Positions 45,600 to 57,899 of a stretch of DNA of 64,000 nt are shown here, in pieces. This DNA comes from Tubiluchus corallicola (Eukaryota; Animalia; Priapulida), in the NCBI GenBank assembly GCA_030141605.1, contig JAQGDQ010000812.1, forward strand, positions 1 through 64,000, read 5' to 3'. Numbering within the stretch: position 1 is the first letter of the stretch; each line of letters opens with the position of its first letter. The notes beneath the pieces were generated by a model that saw only the letters and a program-made list of their open reading frames with translations, was not told the DNA's origin and searched no databases. A program made the position numbers and the translations under genes.

Positions 45600-48030
45600 G
45601 TGATATATAAAGTTTTATGTGATAATAGAAAAGAAACAAGGGAGACTAAAAAGAAGAAAACGAAAAGGTCACAAGGAAATAAAAAAATGTACAAAAACTT
45701 TCTTCAATTTTTGGAAATTATGGGGGCATTAAAAAGAAATTGCCGAGTATTACAAACATTATACAAGAATGGAAACCAGAAATTTTCTGTTTAGTGGAAA
45801 CATTTTTGAAGGAGTCTGATGTGATAGAATTTGAAGGATACAGTTGCTTTAGAATGGAGAGAAAAGATAAAAACAAAGGAGGGATGATAATCATTGTAAA
45901 GTCAGCACTATGCAGGGTGATGGTAGAAGTTGACAGAACAGAGAAAATTATGAAAGTTTGTGGTGTGTAATAAATAATGGGAAGACAAAAATACGACTTG
46001 GACTTGTATATGGACCTCAAGAAAGTTGAACAAAGGTATCACAATTGAAGAAAATGTATCACCATATAACAAAACATGCTATAGAAGCTAAAAGTAAAAG
46101 TGAAAGTCTTCTCCTAATTGGAGATTTCAACTGTAAAATTGGAAGCATCAGCAAAGGAAATAAATAGAGCGTAGTGCAGGTTAATTGATTGATTAGTTAA
46201 GTTAATTGATCAAACTAATTTGTGTGTAGTTAATTCCACTGAGAAATGTGAAGGTCTCTGAACGCGGGTTGAGTCGGAAGAGAAATCTGTTTTAGATTAT
46301 TGTATTATGAATAAAGAGGAAATTGATGGAATAAAGTTAATGACAATAGATGAACCGAAATTATGGGGCACGTACAGTATAGAGAATGAAAACGGTCAGG
46401 TCGTTGAAAAGTTCTCTGACCATAACACTGTATTTGTTAACATTGACGGGCGATATATAAATAAATCAAGCAAGGAAAATAATGGAAGTGTAGGATGCTG
46501 CCCAATGAACTTGAGTTGTTCAGGAAAAAAAACAGAAAAGGGTGAGTTGACTAAGATATGGAGTAAAAGTGAAGTATTCAAGAGTAAATATGCAGAATGG
46601 AATAAGCAAGTTACCGATATCAGAAACAGCTGCTCAAAAAGAGTAAAAAAGTTTTCGGCTAGAAAAGTATTTGTTTCGAAAGAAGTTAGAATGTTAATGA
46701 AAATTAAACACAATCTGAAAAAGAAAAAACAGAATGAGTGGGTGTCGGAAGTGGAAAAAAGTATATGTTTAAAAAGAGAAGCTTTATTAAAAACTCAAAT
46801 CTACAAATGTGAAAAAGAAGCGAAGGCAAGAAGACCAATAAAAGTAGCAAATAGCATTAAAAAGGAAGGGGGTGTTGAAACTGGAGCTTTTTGGAAATAT
46901 AAGAGAAAGTTGAAGAAAATAAAATAGTGACAGATCAAGAAGGAAAAAAAGCTGTTATGTAAAATATTATGAAAAGTTGCTGCAAAATACTAATGAAAGT
47001 GATTTAGAAAAGCAAATTAACTCAGTCATACAAACAATAAAGCTAATAAATAATAGTAGAAAGATTAATGTGAATAGGATATCTGTTCCAGAAGCACGAG
47101 AAGCAATTTGAAAAATAAGAAAGCAATGGATGATCAAGGGTGGTATAATGAGATGATGAAAGCAGCAGGAAGTTCTTTGTTACAAAGTATAGTATGCATG
47201 TTTAATGAGATACTAATAACTGAAACAATATCAGAAGACTGGTTGGAAATGACAGTAAAACCTATTTATAAAAATAAAGGAAGTCATAGTGAGCTAAAGA
47301 ATCGGAGGGGCAATTTCCTCACCAGTAATATATCTAAATTATTTGAAAGAATGCTATTGAAAAGAAATGAAGTAGTGTTGCAAAATAATTTGTCAGAGAG
47401 TCAATGTGGAGGAAAGAAGGACGGGGTATAACTGATAATTTGTTTATTTTGTACAGGTATATTGAGTATACTCATTACTATAGAAAATCAGTGCATGCTG
47501 TTTTTATGGATGCAGAAAAATGCTTTGACAAATTGTGGCTAAGATATTGTTTAAGTGACTTATGGAGACTTGGCGTAAATGAAAAATACCTCTGTATTCT
47601 GTTTGAACTAAATAAATATGCTGAACTGAAAATTACTACACCGGTAGGATTAACAGCGGTAGTATCTAGAAGCTGAAGCTGTGAAAAAGTGTGATGATAT
47701 GTCAAAACTGAGATTTATGAAAAATAGTGTGTAAAATTGGGAACAGGCAATAAATTATGTGATGGAGTGTGATGAAAAGAACTGTGTGAAATTACTGAAT
47801 GGAAACTAAATACCATCAAATTAATGTATAATTATAAAAGTCAGTGTAAGGATGATTTAATGTGTCCACTCTGTGTGAAGGAGTGTGATACGACTGAACA
47901 TCTGCTGAAATGTGAAGTAGCTAAAAAGTGTTTGGAAACAATGTAGTGAACGAAGAAGATCTATGTTCAGTAAACACGGGCACACTAGTAAGAGTCAATG
48001 CTTGGATCAGACAAGTGATAAAATTTAGAA
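45600..48030 (+). mobile_element. Decayed LINE (endonuclease + partial RT + zinc knuckle), internally deleted
   Basis: CLVETFL, GGMIIIV, YGPQE, IGDFN, SVLDY, SDHN (EN); PIYKNKG..NRRGNFLTS, FMDAEKCFDKLW (RT); CPLCVKECDTTEHLLKC (~47861-47910). YxDD region missing. Confidence 0.88.
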
Positions 48031-48139
48031 AAATTATAGGGTTCAATGTAGAGGTGTAAGAACAACAGCTTGACAGGATACAGTTTTCTTTTTGGCTTGC
48101 CCCTTGATGATGTGGATATACAGGAGCCTGATAGAAATA

Positions 48140-48400
48140 TTAGAATAGCCGCTGTGAATCGTCTGAATCGCCTAGCGTTTGGTGCAATAAACACAAATCG
48201 AGGTGTCGCGTGAATTGAAACGGAACTCAGAGATTCTTAATGTGTCTTACCGAAGATTTCCTAAGAGCAACTAAGTGAATTGAATCGGAAGTTCCGTTGT
48301 TCATTTGCTTTGAAGAAGTTAAAACCTTGAAACTTATTTTTGTGTTTGCGTGAAGTGTTGTTCTTTTTTGTTATTGCAAGGTTGAGCTTTATTTTCTTTT
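48140..48400. promoter_or_regulatory. Putative bidirectional promoter between DPF2 (-) and CUEDC1 (+)
   Basis: CpG-enriched patch; abutting opposed ETS cores CGGAAGTTCCG (48286-48296); minus-strand donor CG|GTAAGA at 48250; plus-strand acceptor TTACAG ending 48607 before CUEDC1 ATG. Confidence 0.45.
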
Positions 48401-48691
48401 CATATAGATAACTAAAAATTATGTGACTTGGTGCTTGAAGCAATCGAATTGTAGAATGGAAAACTTTTTCGTCCGTTCTTTCAGTGCCTAATTTTTGCCA
48501 CACAAATTCAGACAATTATAGTTATTGTGTTGGTATTAGTATTACAAGTGACCGCGGAATGAACGAAGTTGTTACATTTAGCTCACAAAATGTTTGTGTT
48601 CTTACAGCCACATCGTATTACAATTAGAAACATTAGAAAAAACGAATTTATTTGGTGAATGTTGCTGTAGCTTTTTTAACTGTTATTCATA

Positions 48692-51196
48692 ATGGCAACT
48701 GCTTCAAACACCCAACAAGCTGGCGAAAGTAGTTCCCGTAGAACAGCATCTCAGCACAAGTCAAATAACCGTCATCTGAAAAGGCATGATAAGCGCACGA
48801 CCCATCTAGAATTTCAACAGGCTATGCATGATTTCAAAACAATGTTTCCAGACATTGACAGTGATGTAATCGAAACGGTGCTGCGAGCTAATAAGGGAGC
48901 TGTAGATGCTACGGTTGATCACTTATTAACAATAAGCGTAGATGTTGATGACAGTGACATTCAATTAAACCCTACCATAGAAACATCTGCAGTTTCAGAA
49001 AGTAGCGAGCTACAAACTGGAAGTGAATTGCCCACAGATTCATCTTTGCCTGATGAAGAAGCACCACCACCTTACACAATTGATTCTGTTGGTTTGCTTT
49101 CTGTACCTGTAAGGGGAACGCCTATTGGTGGGGAAAGGCCGACATTACAGCCTGACGTTACTAGTGAAGGATCATCTTTATCAGAAGAAGATGAACCACA
49201 TGTGCAGACACGTAGCAACCAGGAAGGCGATCTTTTGCCACCTGAAGTGTTTGAGCCTTTGTCAGATGATGATGAACCGCCACCTGCTTATACCCCTCGC
49301 TATGATCGCTCATGGGCAGGAGCAATGCAACCTCAACCAGTTACAGACAGCAATGCCCCAAACCTTATATTATTAAATGAGCAATCATCATCCATGGCCT
49401 TTCCACCAGGTAGAACCAGTGCTGTGACCTTATCATCACTATCTACCGACATGTCATGTAATCCTGTGACCACTTCTGTACCAATAGATGGAACTAATTA
49501 TTTACGTAACACAGCTACCACTTTTGGAGAAACAAGAAAATTGCCACTGCAGTCAAGTCTTTCAAGCACAGCACATGTTGGCCATGGCCATGCCAGAGCT
49601 TTGTCTGCAGAAACGTGGTCATTTCCAAGTACAGCCATGCGTGTATCTGGTCCTGCTGTTACTTCGAACTCTGCGAATACTGATGCATTTATTCCACTAA
49701 CAACAAGTTTTAGCACAGCCCTGTGTATCTCTAGCAATTCTGCTGTTTCTGGCGTTCAACAAGTGCATACCTCACTCGCTGTTAAGCATAGACAGGGTAT
49801 CTTACATCGACCAAATATACGAACGAATCCTTCCTACAGCTATGGGTTTGGAGACAATGTGCCAACTTTATCTTTGGATAATACACGACATCTGCCTCAA
49901 CAATCAACAAATGATTCTTGTGGTGATGTTCGGGGTGCTGCTGTAACGATAACACCTGAGATGTCTGTACATTTTCCACCTACACACATATCACCTTCAC
50001 AGACTGGAGCCAGGCCTAAACAACCAAATAACTGCATTAATAGTATGAGTGAAAGTGTGCTAAAACCACCCACTTCTGCACTTCTTCAAACGAAACAGCC
50101 AACCAAATCATTGCATAAAGGTAACGTGAAGTTTTCACATCCTGTTACTAACACATCTCGTCCTACTACTGTGCATAATGCAGTGTATCAGGATTCGTCA
50201 TATACATTAGCCAAAGCAAGGCATAAATGGAATCCTCCATTGATAGGCCCTCTACCATCAGACTTTCTAAGATTATTTCCAACACGTAAATCAAGCAAAG
50301 TAGCTGTGCAAGGAAGGAGGTGTAATGCGCACCGATCCTCGTCTCTTAAAAATGAAAACATCACACAGCATAGACGCTCTAGGCACAAACATGATGTCAG
50401 GCGAAATCAATCGATAATGGCTTCAGATTTTAGTTCGACGATGCTGAAACGGCAGATGGAGAAGAACCAACTCCGTCAAGAGCAAGCTGAAAAAGAAGAT
50501 GACTTTGAACTTAAGCAGATCCTAGAAGATGAGCGAATTGCTCTTTGCATGCAGAATCAAGAATTTCTTGAAGAGCTTCGTCATAATAAAGAATTTATGA
50601 AACAACTAGAAAACAGCAATGGAAAGAATAACGGCAACTTAAAAGCTGGCAGCAACAACAACAACACTTTGCCGTCAAGGAGTATACAGTTGGTTCCTTC
50701 TTCCATGCGGGTGCCAAGTAACACTGCATCAGCATCGATGATAACTTCGCAGTCAGTCACTGTAGATGCTAATATTGATTCAACTGGGCAGCTAGAAGTG
50801 AACCCAACTGTTGATACAGTGAACAGTTACTTCATATCGGATCAGCTCGAACCCAAAGTTGAAATTTTGTTTGGCCATGATGCATTTCCTGATGGTATGC
50901 CATTGCCTAAAGATGAAAATGCTGAGTTTCGCGCAAAGTTGGAAAATATGGATAATCCGACACGAAGTATGTTTGTGAGGATGGCCAGGCTTTTTTCAGC
51001 AAAAAAACGAAAGAAAAGAGCAGGACATGTGATAAATGCTGCATCTACAGTAAATTTGCTGGAAGAGGAAGAACAAAGTGCCGATGTTGCTGAGCAAGAA
51101 GACGATGAGAATGATGAAGATGTTCCTATCATTGAACCACTAATTGGTTTCAAATGCCCATTTACCATACACAAATCTGCAAATCATGGTACATGA
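48692..51196 (+). CDS. CUEDC1: CUE domain-containing protein 1, 834 aa, single coding exon
   Basis: CUE domain LEFQQAMHDFKTMFPDIDSDVIETVLRANKGAVDATVDHLL; conserved blocks WNPPLIGPLPSDFLR, LEDERIALCMQNQEFLEEL, FRAKLENM..TR; PPxY motifs. Confidence 0.92.
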   Translation: MATASNTQQAGESSSRRTASQHKSNNRHLKRHDKRTTHLEFQQAMHDFKTMFPDIDSDVIETVLRANKGAVDATVDHLLTISVDVDDSDIQLNPTIETSAVSESSELQTGSELPTDSSLPDEEAPPPYTIDSVGLLSVPVRGTPIGGERPTLQPDVTSEGSSLSEEDEPHVQTRSNQEGDLLPPEVFEPLSDDDEPPPAYTPRYDRSWAGAMQPQPVTDSNAPNLILLNEQSSSMAFPPGRTSAVTLSSLSTDMSCNPVTTSVPIDGTNYLRNTATTFGETRKLPLQSSLSSTAHVGHGHARALSAETWSFPSTAMRVSGPAVTSNSANTDAFIPLTTSFSTALCISSNSAVSGVQQVHTSLAVKHRQGILHRPNIRTNPSYSYGFGDNVPTLSLDNTRHLPQQSTNDSCGDVRGAAVTITPEMSVHFPPTHISPSQTGARPKQPNNCINSMSESVLKPPTSALLQTKQPTKSLHKGNVKFSHPVTNTSRPTTVHNAVYQDSSYTLAKARHKWNPPLIGPLPSDFLRLFPTRKSSKVAVQGRRCNAHRSSSLKNENITQHRRSRHKHDVRRNQSIMASDFSSTMLKRQMEKNQLRQEQAEKEDDFELKQILEDERIALCMQNQEFLEELRHNKEFMKQLENSNGKNNGNLKAGSNNNNTLPSRSIQLVPSSMRVPSNTASASMITSQSVTVDANIDSTGQLEVNPTVDTVNSYFISDQLEPKVEILFGHDAFPDGMPLPKDENAEFRAKLENMDNPTRSMFVRMARLFSAKKRKKRAGHVINAASTVNLLEEEEQSADVAEQEDDENDEDVPIIEPLIGFKCPFTIHKSANHGT

Positions 51197-51422
51197 TACG
51201 GGCCAATTTCTTGTTTTTATATGCAGTTACAGTACTTGAGTTTTATTAAAAGGGCTGGATATGTAATGAAGTTAAAATTTATAATCGCTAATTGTTTATA
51301 ATGTTACACATATTTTAATAATTTTTGTAGTGTTATAAATCTACTTTTTACTTACCATTTGTAAATTATTTACTTTGTCATCATGCATAAATTTGTATTT
51401 CAGTTTATTAATTTAAGTTTAT

Positions 51423-51454
51423 TTACATTACATTACATTACATTACATTACATT
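51423..51454. repeat. (TACAT)n microsatellite
   Basis: Direct reading. Confidence 0.9.
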
Positions 51455-52370
51455 GTTTTGCATATAGTTTACGTAGTTTAGTTGCATGGAAACCTGGACA
51501 AACCTGTGCCTGAATATGTTGGGGTATGTTTGCTATTGAATAGTGAAGTTTTGTTACTATTATTCTTTTTTTAAGTTACCATTGCTGGTCAGAACAAATG
51601 ATACTAGATTAATTTAAGTCCATTACTGAGTAAATTTTCTATGTTTTCTCTAGATGTCAAGCAAATTTTGTATTTGATTTGATTCTCTTTTATAAAGCTA
51701 TAGGTAATAGGCTAAATTACCTGCACATATTTTTAGTAAAAAAATATTTTTATGGAAATTACCTAGCAGACTATTTATGCAAATTTCATTAGTAGTATAC
51801 CTGTAAGAGATTTATCCGTACATTATTAGTAAAGATTTAAGATTAAACAAATAATTAATATAATTCTACTAAAAAGTTATGTGTGTTTATTAAGCTGCTG
51901 GTACTTGTAAATAGTGCTTGGTGAGATACTATATATGTGATTGCACGGTTGTTAATTTACATAATCTGGTAATATTTGTAAAATAATAAATTATTTAATT
52001 AGATAATTGACTGTAATGCAATGTAAGTTTTCTTTTTCATGGGAGTTTTTTATGTGTAGCTTATATGAAATGGTCAACACCAATATTTGAGTAACTTGAA
52101 TGGTTAAGCACCATGTACTTCATGTATTATCTGACATACTTTAACTTACGATGAATAGCACTGGGCTGTGCCAAGAGGTAAAACCATGAGGAATGATCAA
52201 TTTGTTGTTGCAAACAACTTAATTTGTTGGTTCTCACAACCAAAAAAATTGACAGAATGATGACCTGTGATCACTTGAACTTGTTTTTGCTTCATTTGGC
52301 AAGTGACGAAACTTCACTCTGTGTAAGTTGTTAAAACTTAGAATTTCTTTGTAGATGTAGTAAAAACAAA

Positions 52371-52854
52371 CAGTACAGTTTCCTGAATTCTACAACTAAC
52401 AGATGATTCGAATGGTTAAGTCCATCCTAGGACAGTAGTTATTCTACAGCAGAAATACTCAATGATCAACAAAGTTTGAGCTAAACTCGCTAGAGATGTT
52501 TATAACTTGTCAACATTGTTTTGGGTTTTTTGGGCACGGACATGGATGTGCGGTCCTCAATGAACCTTTCGGGCCGTTCTGCATATAAACCAAATGGTAT
52601 AGTAAGACCTGGAAATAATATTAGATACTTTGTAATTACTGTTTTCTATCTCATGAAATGTGATGACTGCAATTTGTTAATTATTACTTCTCAGAAATGT
52701 CCGCATCAGCTAGTGAAAAATTGTTAGACATCCTTTGTTCTTTGGCAGGACCATTATTCGCTGATGCCACAACCTGGATTTTTAATTCACAGTCACCTAG
52801 GACTGACTTAATCTAGCTGGTTATCTGTTGGGAGTTGTCAGAATAACCTTACTG
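52371..52854. mobile_element. Degenerate MITE (Tc1/pogo-like CAGTA ends)
   Basis: CAGTA..AACAGATGA..TTAAGTCCATCCTAGG mirrored by CCTAGGACTGACTTAA..TTATCTGTT..TACTG. Confidence 0.55.
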
Positions 52855-52987
52855 TTTGTTTAACAGATAGTATAATAATATGTATGGTCTTATTAAAGAA
52901 AACTCATCAGGTTATCTAATTAAATTTAAAATGTCAGTCAGTATCTGACATTAGTCTAACAATTTGTAAGGAATCTGATTTGTTTAG

Positions 52988-54622
52988 ATGCAGGAACTGG
53001 AAGCATTTTGTCAAGAACAAAAGGAATGGCTGTTGAAAGTCTGTGACTGTCTAGATGCAAAACATCAAGCTGATGGAAGCGAAAGGAGTGAGACTATATC
53101 CAAAAAAGTAAATCAGCTGTAAGAATGAATGTCAGAGATTTTTAACTGTTATTTCTTATTTCTTGTGTAAATAGTACAATGAGTCCTGACAGTAAAGTGA
53201 AAAATGTTTTATAATGCCAGCATTTTTGAAAGCATATATGGTTCAACATTCCCAATGTTGGAAACTGTGTTTAAAATTGAAATGTGTTGTAATAAATATC
53301 GATACTTGGACAGTTCGTAGAATGTTTTAGAGTGGATGAATACCACACTTCAGCTTTAACTTAATTACAATAGATACAAATAATTATACTGTGCACAAGA
53401 TTTGGACATTTTACAACATTTGGTAACCAAATTTTTGTCATAGGTTAACCTCTTGAGTTTAGAATAAAAAAATCTAAATAGATTCTTTCTGAATTTGTAA
53501 TTGTCCAAATTGTGCTTGGCACATTTGTGTATGATAACTACCTTCCCACACATAGTCTTCTAACAGCAAGAAATTTTAATTTTTGTAATTTATCTAGGTA
53601 CCAGCAAATTTACCAGTTTCTAGATGAAATACATCACTTACAGAGATATAAGTTTGAACTCCAGCAAAGACTAGAAGTTGAACAAATGTGTGCTGAAGAG
53701 AAGGCGACTAGATCTGCCCTAAAAAGAGGTAGGTGTACATTCGACTGTGATTGAAAAGCTGTTTGAGCCACAAGATGGAACGTGGTTTTTGTGATTGTCA
53801 TTTTGCACAGAAATTGTATTCTTTCAAGACTTGTTGATGAATAATACTAGGTCATTGACAGCTCTGTATGTGTATGTCATAACATTACCTGTATATGTGT
53901 ATTGTGCATCCTTGTAAACTAATGGTGATCTTTTTGTTAACACCACTACCTTTAGAACTATTCCTTGCCAAGGGCAAGGTTTTTCAGGTGGCATCAAAAT
54001 TTTCTTTCAGCCACTGCAGCTGCCATGCGTATGTTCAGGAGAGCAATAGGTCTACTTTTGACGTTTTCTCTTTTATCTAGTTTTTGAACGTCCTGAAGAA
54101 GTACTGAAAGATGTTCTTTTGAAGAAGTGGAACAAAGAAATTAATAAGCATCTCTCACAGAAGAAAGCTAGTTTTCCGGATAATTCAGACAAAGGTGAGC
54201 AAATTCAAATTCAATGGTTATCGTCTATACTAATAAGAAGTAGAGTGGCTATTTGTATATATGTACATCTGTTCTATATGCATGGGCCTATTAGACTACT
54301 ATATTGTTGTTGCTGAGTTTAATCATCATAATTAACTTAACATCTGCAAAATGTGCTAATAATTATTGTTATATTGCTTTTCATGTTTGTTGCAAGCATC
54401 GAGTGAGTAGATTTTTCAATTTACAAATAACGATCAAGTAATATGACAAACCTTGCACAAAGCACCAGTTATTTATTGTGTGTTTCAGATCTATATACCA
54501 AAAGTCACACTTTTGTGAATGTAAAAACAGACAATGGTCTACTAGAATTTACAACGCAGTTCCGTGGAGTCATGGTTAGTGTTTCTGTCAGAGCTGTGGA
54601 TTCTTCATTACCTGAAAAGTAA
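52988..54622 (+). CDS. Uncharacterised 169-aa protein (helical/coiled-coil N-half, beta-rich C-tail), 4 exons
   Basis: Exons 52988-53118, 53598-53728, 54081-54194, 54489-54622 (510 nt) with canonical GT-AG sites and matching phases 2,1,1; no internal stop. No family recognised. Confidence 0.72.
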
Positions 54623-57600
54623 GCCCTGTTGTTTAACTGTGTGCAGACTATAAGCTTGAGCAATAATGTGGAAATATATACAATGTAGACGTAACAAGAT
54701 AGGTAAACGGTTGCTGGTCTTGTTGGCCCAAACATCCATGTGTATTACTTGTTTTTTTGGCGCTGTGTCATTTTAACTGATGACTCGTTTAAGGCTGTAT
54801 GTTGATATGTTTGCCTGAACGCTTGAATGCAACACTATTTAGACAAGCGTGTAATGAGAATTTTTCAGCTTCAGATTATTCATCTCATCTTAGTCTGGTA
54901 ACAGCTTAGAGACTTCGTCCGCTACTAGCCGTAAAATATAATTTTATGACACTGATAATGTATCCTCGTAACACATTGACATACTTTTATTTTTGTGTTA
55001 TTATCTTATTTTATCACTGCTTTAATACTATCGTTTGAGTTTCAGCTTTGAAATTGGGCCGGTATTCTTAAAGTCATAGTTAGCTAGTATAAAGCACTAA
55101 AATAGATTTGTAACTACTTTTTTGTAGTATTATCGTTTGATCTGCAAATGAAGAGAAGCATACATAAAGTTTCAGCAAAATAAGTTGAAACAAAAATATG
55201 GCGTAGCAAAAGATGCTCAGATGCAAAATGCATGGCTAATTAAATAGTAAAATTGTATCCTAAAGTTTTACAGTACATTTTCTGACATAAGATTACAGAT
55301 TTAGAAATTCAAAAAGAAGTGGAGTAATTTTCTTAATTACTTACATCATAGCAGCAAATGGTTGGCTCAAAGATGAAATACATGTAGCAGTAAGACAAGA
55401 AAAAATATACATTTGGCAAACACAATAACAAAACTTAGCACTTCAATTCACACATTAAGCTTTGCCACATCAATGTCTACACTCACATCTTATTCCTGAG
55501 CTAAATGTTTGAAATTCAGGAAAAATCCCCGCAAGATTCATAATTGGGTAGTGTATCATGTTGTAAATTATGTGCTACTGATTTTTTACATGTGAACTAA
55601 CGGTAACGTTCTACTTTTTATTGTTTTGTTACAATTTTCAGGTATAAATTTATGGCTAGTATATATGTTGATGGACTGCAGGAAAAAGGCATGTTATATC
55701 TTGTGCAGAATAAAACGGCGTCCAGTTTTGTGATGGAGGTGATATGGCCTTTTCTTGAACAAGGACTTTTGCCGTACTTAGTTTCCTGATGTTGCGAAAA
55801 TTGCACAATTCAGACTTGATAGGACTTTGCAAATTTGGAACATCTTGAAGTAATGTGTCATTTGTACCCCTTTATTTTGCTGTTGCTTTGCCTAGTGCCC
55901 GTCCTTAAGCCTAAAACACCTAAGAAGTTCAACCAAAAATTGTGAAAGTACTCAAATGAAGTTACCTTAAGTGTTCTTGCTGTGATGTTAGTAGATCTGG
56001 TGTTTGTATTTCAATTAAATCACCCCAGAATCCACAAACTGTGTTCTTTTTTGGCACTCAGTGTCAATTCATTTCAGGCAATGCTAAGGTAAGCCACATG
56101 AAATTCTTAGTTATTTAAGTGCCGAAATCAGCTCCCACAGGGTGCCATATTAACAGTTAAAACAAAATACAACGTTTCCTATCTTTCACTCTTTCATTAA
56201 ATATCCAGACCACGCACAATCTACTAAACTGATGAAACTTTTTTGGTCAGGTGCAGTGGCTAACATGCTGCTTTTACTAATGTCATTACAGTACTGTGTT
56301 GTTATATTATGTGATCACTATATTGTCAATAAAAGTTATTGTTCAAATCTGCTTCGAATTTTCAGAAGTGACGAGCCTGAGGTTCCTTTTTCATCACCGT
56401 ATAAATATTGCATTTAAAAAGAAAAGCAAAGTTGTGATCTCAATGGACATATTCAACATAGATTAATGACAGAAAAGTGAAAGTTAAAGGCATATTGTTA
56501 GCGTTTTCATCTCAGTATTAGCAAAATCTAGGGTTTACTATTGTTACAATAAAAGAAGACTATCTTGTTTTGCAGCTATTTTGAATAAATATTAATTGTT
56601 ACAACTAATTTAACAAATGCTTAGAAACTCGACAATGTCTTTAAAAACGAAGAGCAGTGTTAGTCGGTTAAGTTTCATTGCTAAACAATTCTACCAATTC
56701 AGAACCAGCAATCTTCTGGCGTCTTGATATGTTACTCTAACGGTGTGACTACCTGCTGACTGCCGAGACAGTCTACCTAGTTCAGAGTACAGTGTTTGTT
56801 TAAGTTTGTACAGAATGTGTTCTTGTAAGATAAACGAGAAAAAAATCCCCACTTTTTTGCATTTAGTGGAGAAGGTTTTAAACTCCAGACAAGAATTGCA
56901 GTGCCTGTTTTAAAACACTTAGAACTATCAGGTGGTGGGTTCTTATGGTTTATAGTCGCCTGTCAACTAATAAAACATCTACTGGGCAATACTTGTTGCA
57001 GCATTGTATGTTGTAGTAGGTCACATACTCAGTAACTGTATTGTATGAATTGAGAGATTTGTCAGCACTAAGCCATGCCTCCCTGGCTTTGCCTTACAAA
57101 TTCTTGCAGGCTGATAGCTGCTACTGTTGCAGAATAATAAATATACAGGAAAAAACACGAAAAATTAGTGGACGTTTTATAACAATTTGTCACTTAATTC
57201 AGAAAATGCATCACTGTTAGACTACAAGGAATAACAGTTCTTAATAATTTCGATTAAGGATATGTGCATGATATTAAATTTTATGTAAAAGATTAAGCGT
57301 TGTTACATGATGACCAGAATGTTAGTCTTCAATGAAAAAAGTCTATTACTGTGTCTTGAGATCAAAATTAAGTATGAAAATTAACACTTTGTTGTGCAAT
57401 CTGAATTCTTTAGCAATGAAAATCTTGTTTGGTAAAAAAAAACCCTGAATCTTAGCTACTGAGAAAGCTGTCTTTGCTATATATCTATTTACAGGTGCAA
57501 AAATACAAATAAAAAGACTCGTGTAAGTACTAACATTCGATTTTAAGCAACCTAAACTACCCAGGCAAAATTCTATGAATAGAGTAATAGTAACTAAGAA

Positions 57601-57899
57601 GGCCTACTATCAACTTTAATAAATATCATTTTGCTCTGTAAAATAGCATCTGACAACCTCCTCCTGTGCATGTATAGTGCTGAAGTTGATATATTATATT
57701 CGTACATTATAGAACAACATTAAGTTCACATTTCAAAAAAACAGAAAGCTAACTTTTAACAGACAGCGTGATTTTAAAAGGTTCAGTTTTTCATGATGTC
57801 GTCCTCGTGTTTAATCCATGGCAACATTTGTCTGTCCTTTTTGTCTACATAGAAATAGTTAAATCATATACACACACACTTTCGCAGTACATTACATTT

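Noticed and set aside
54085-54118. Hammerhead-like CTGAAGA..GAAA flanked by complementary arms
   Set aside because: No stem III or cleavage triplet; lies within coding exon 3 of the orphan gene.
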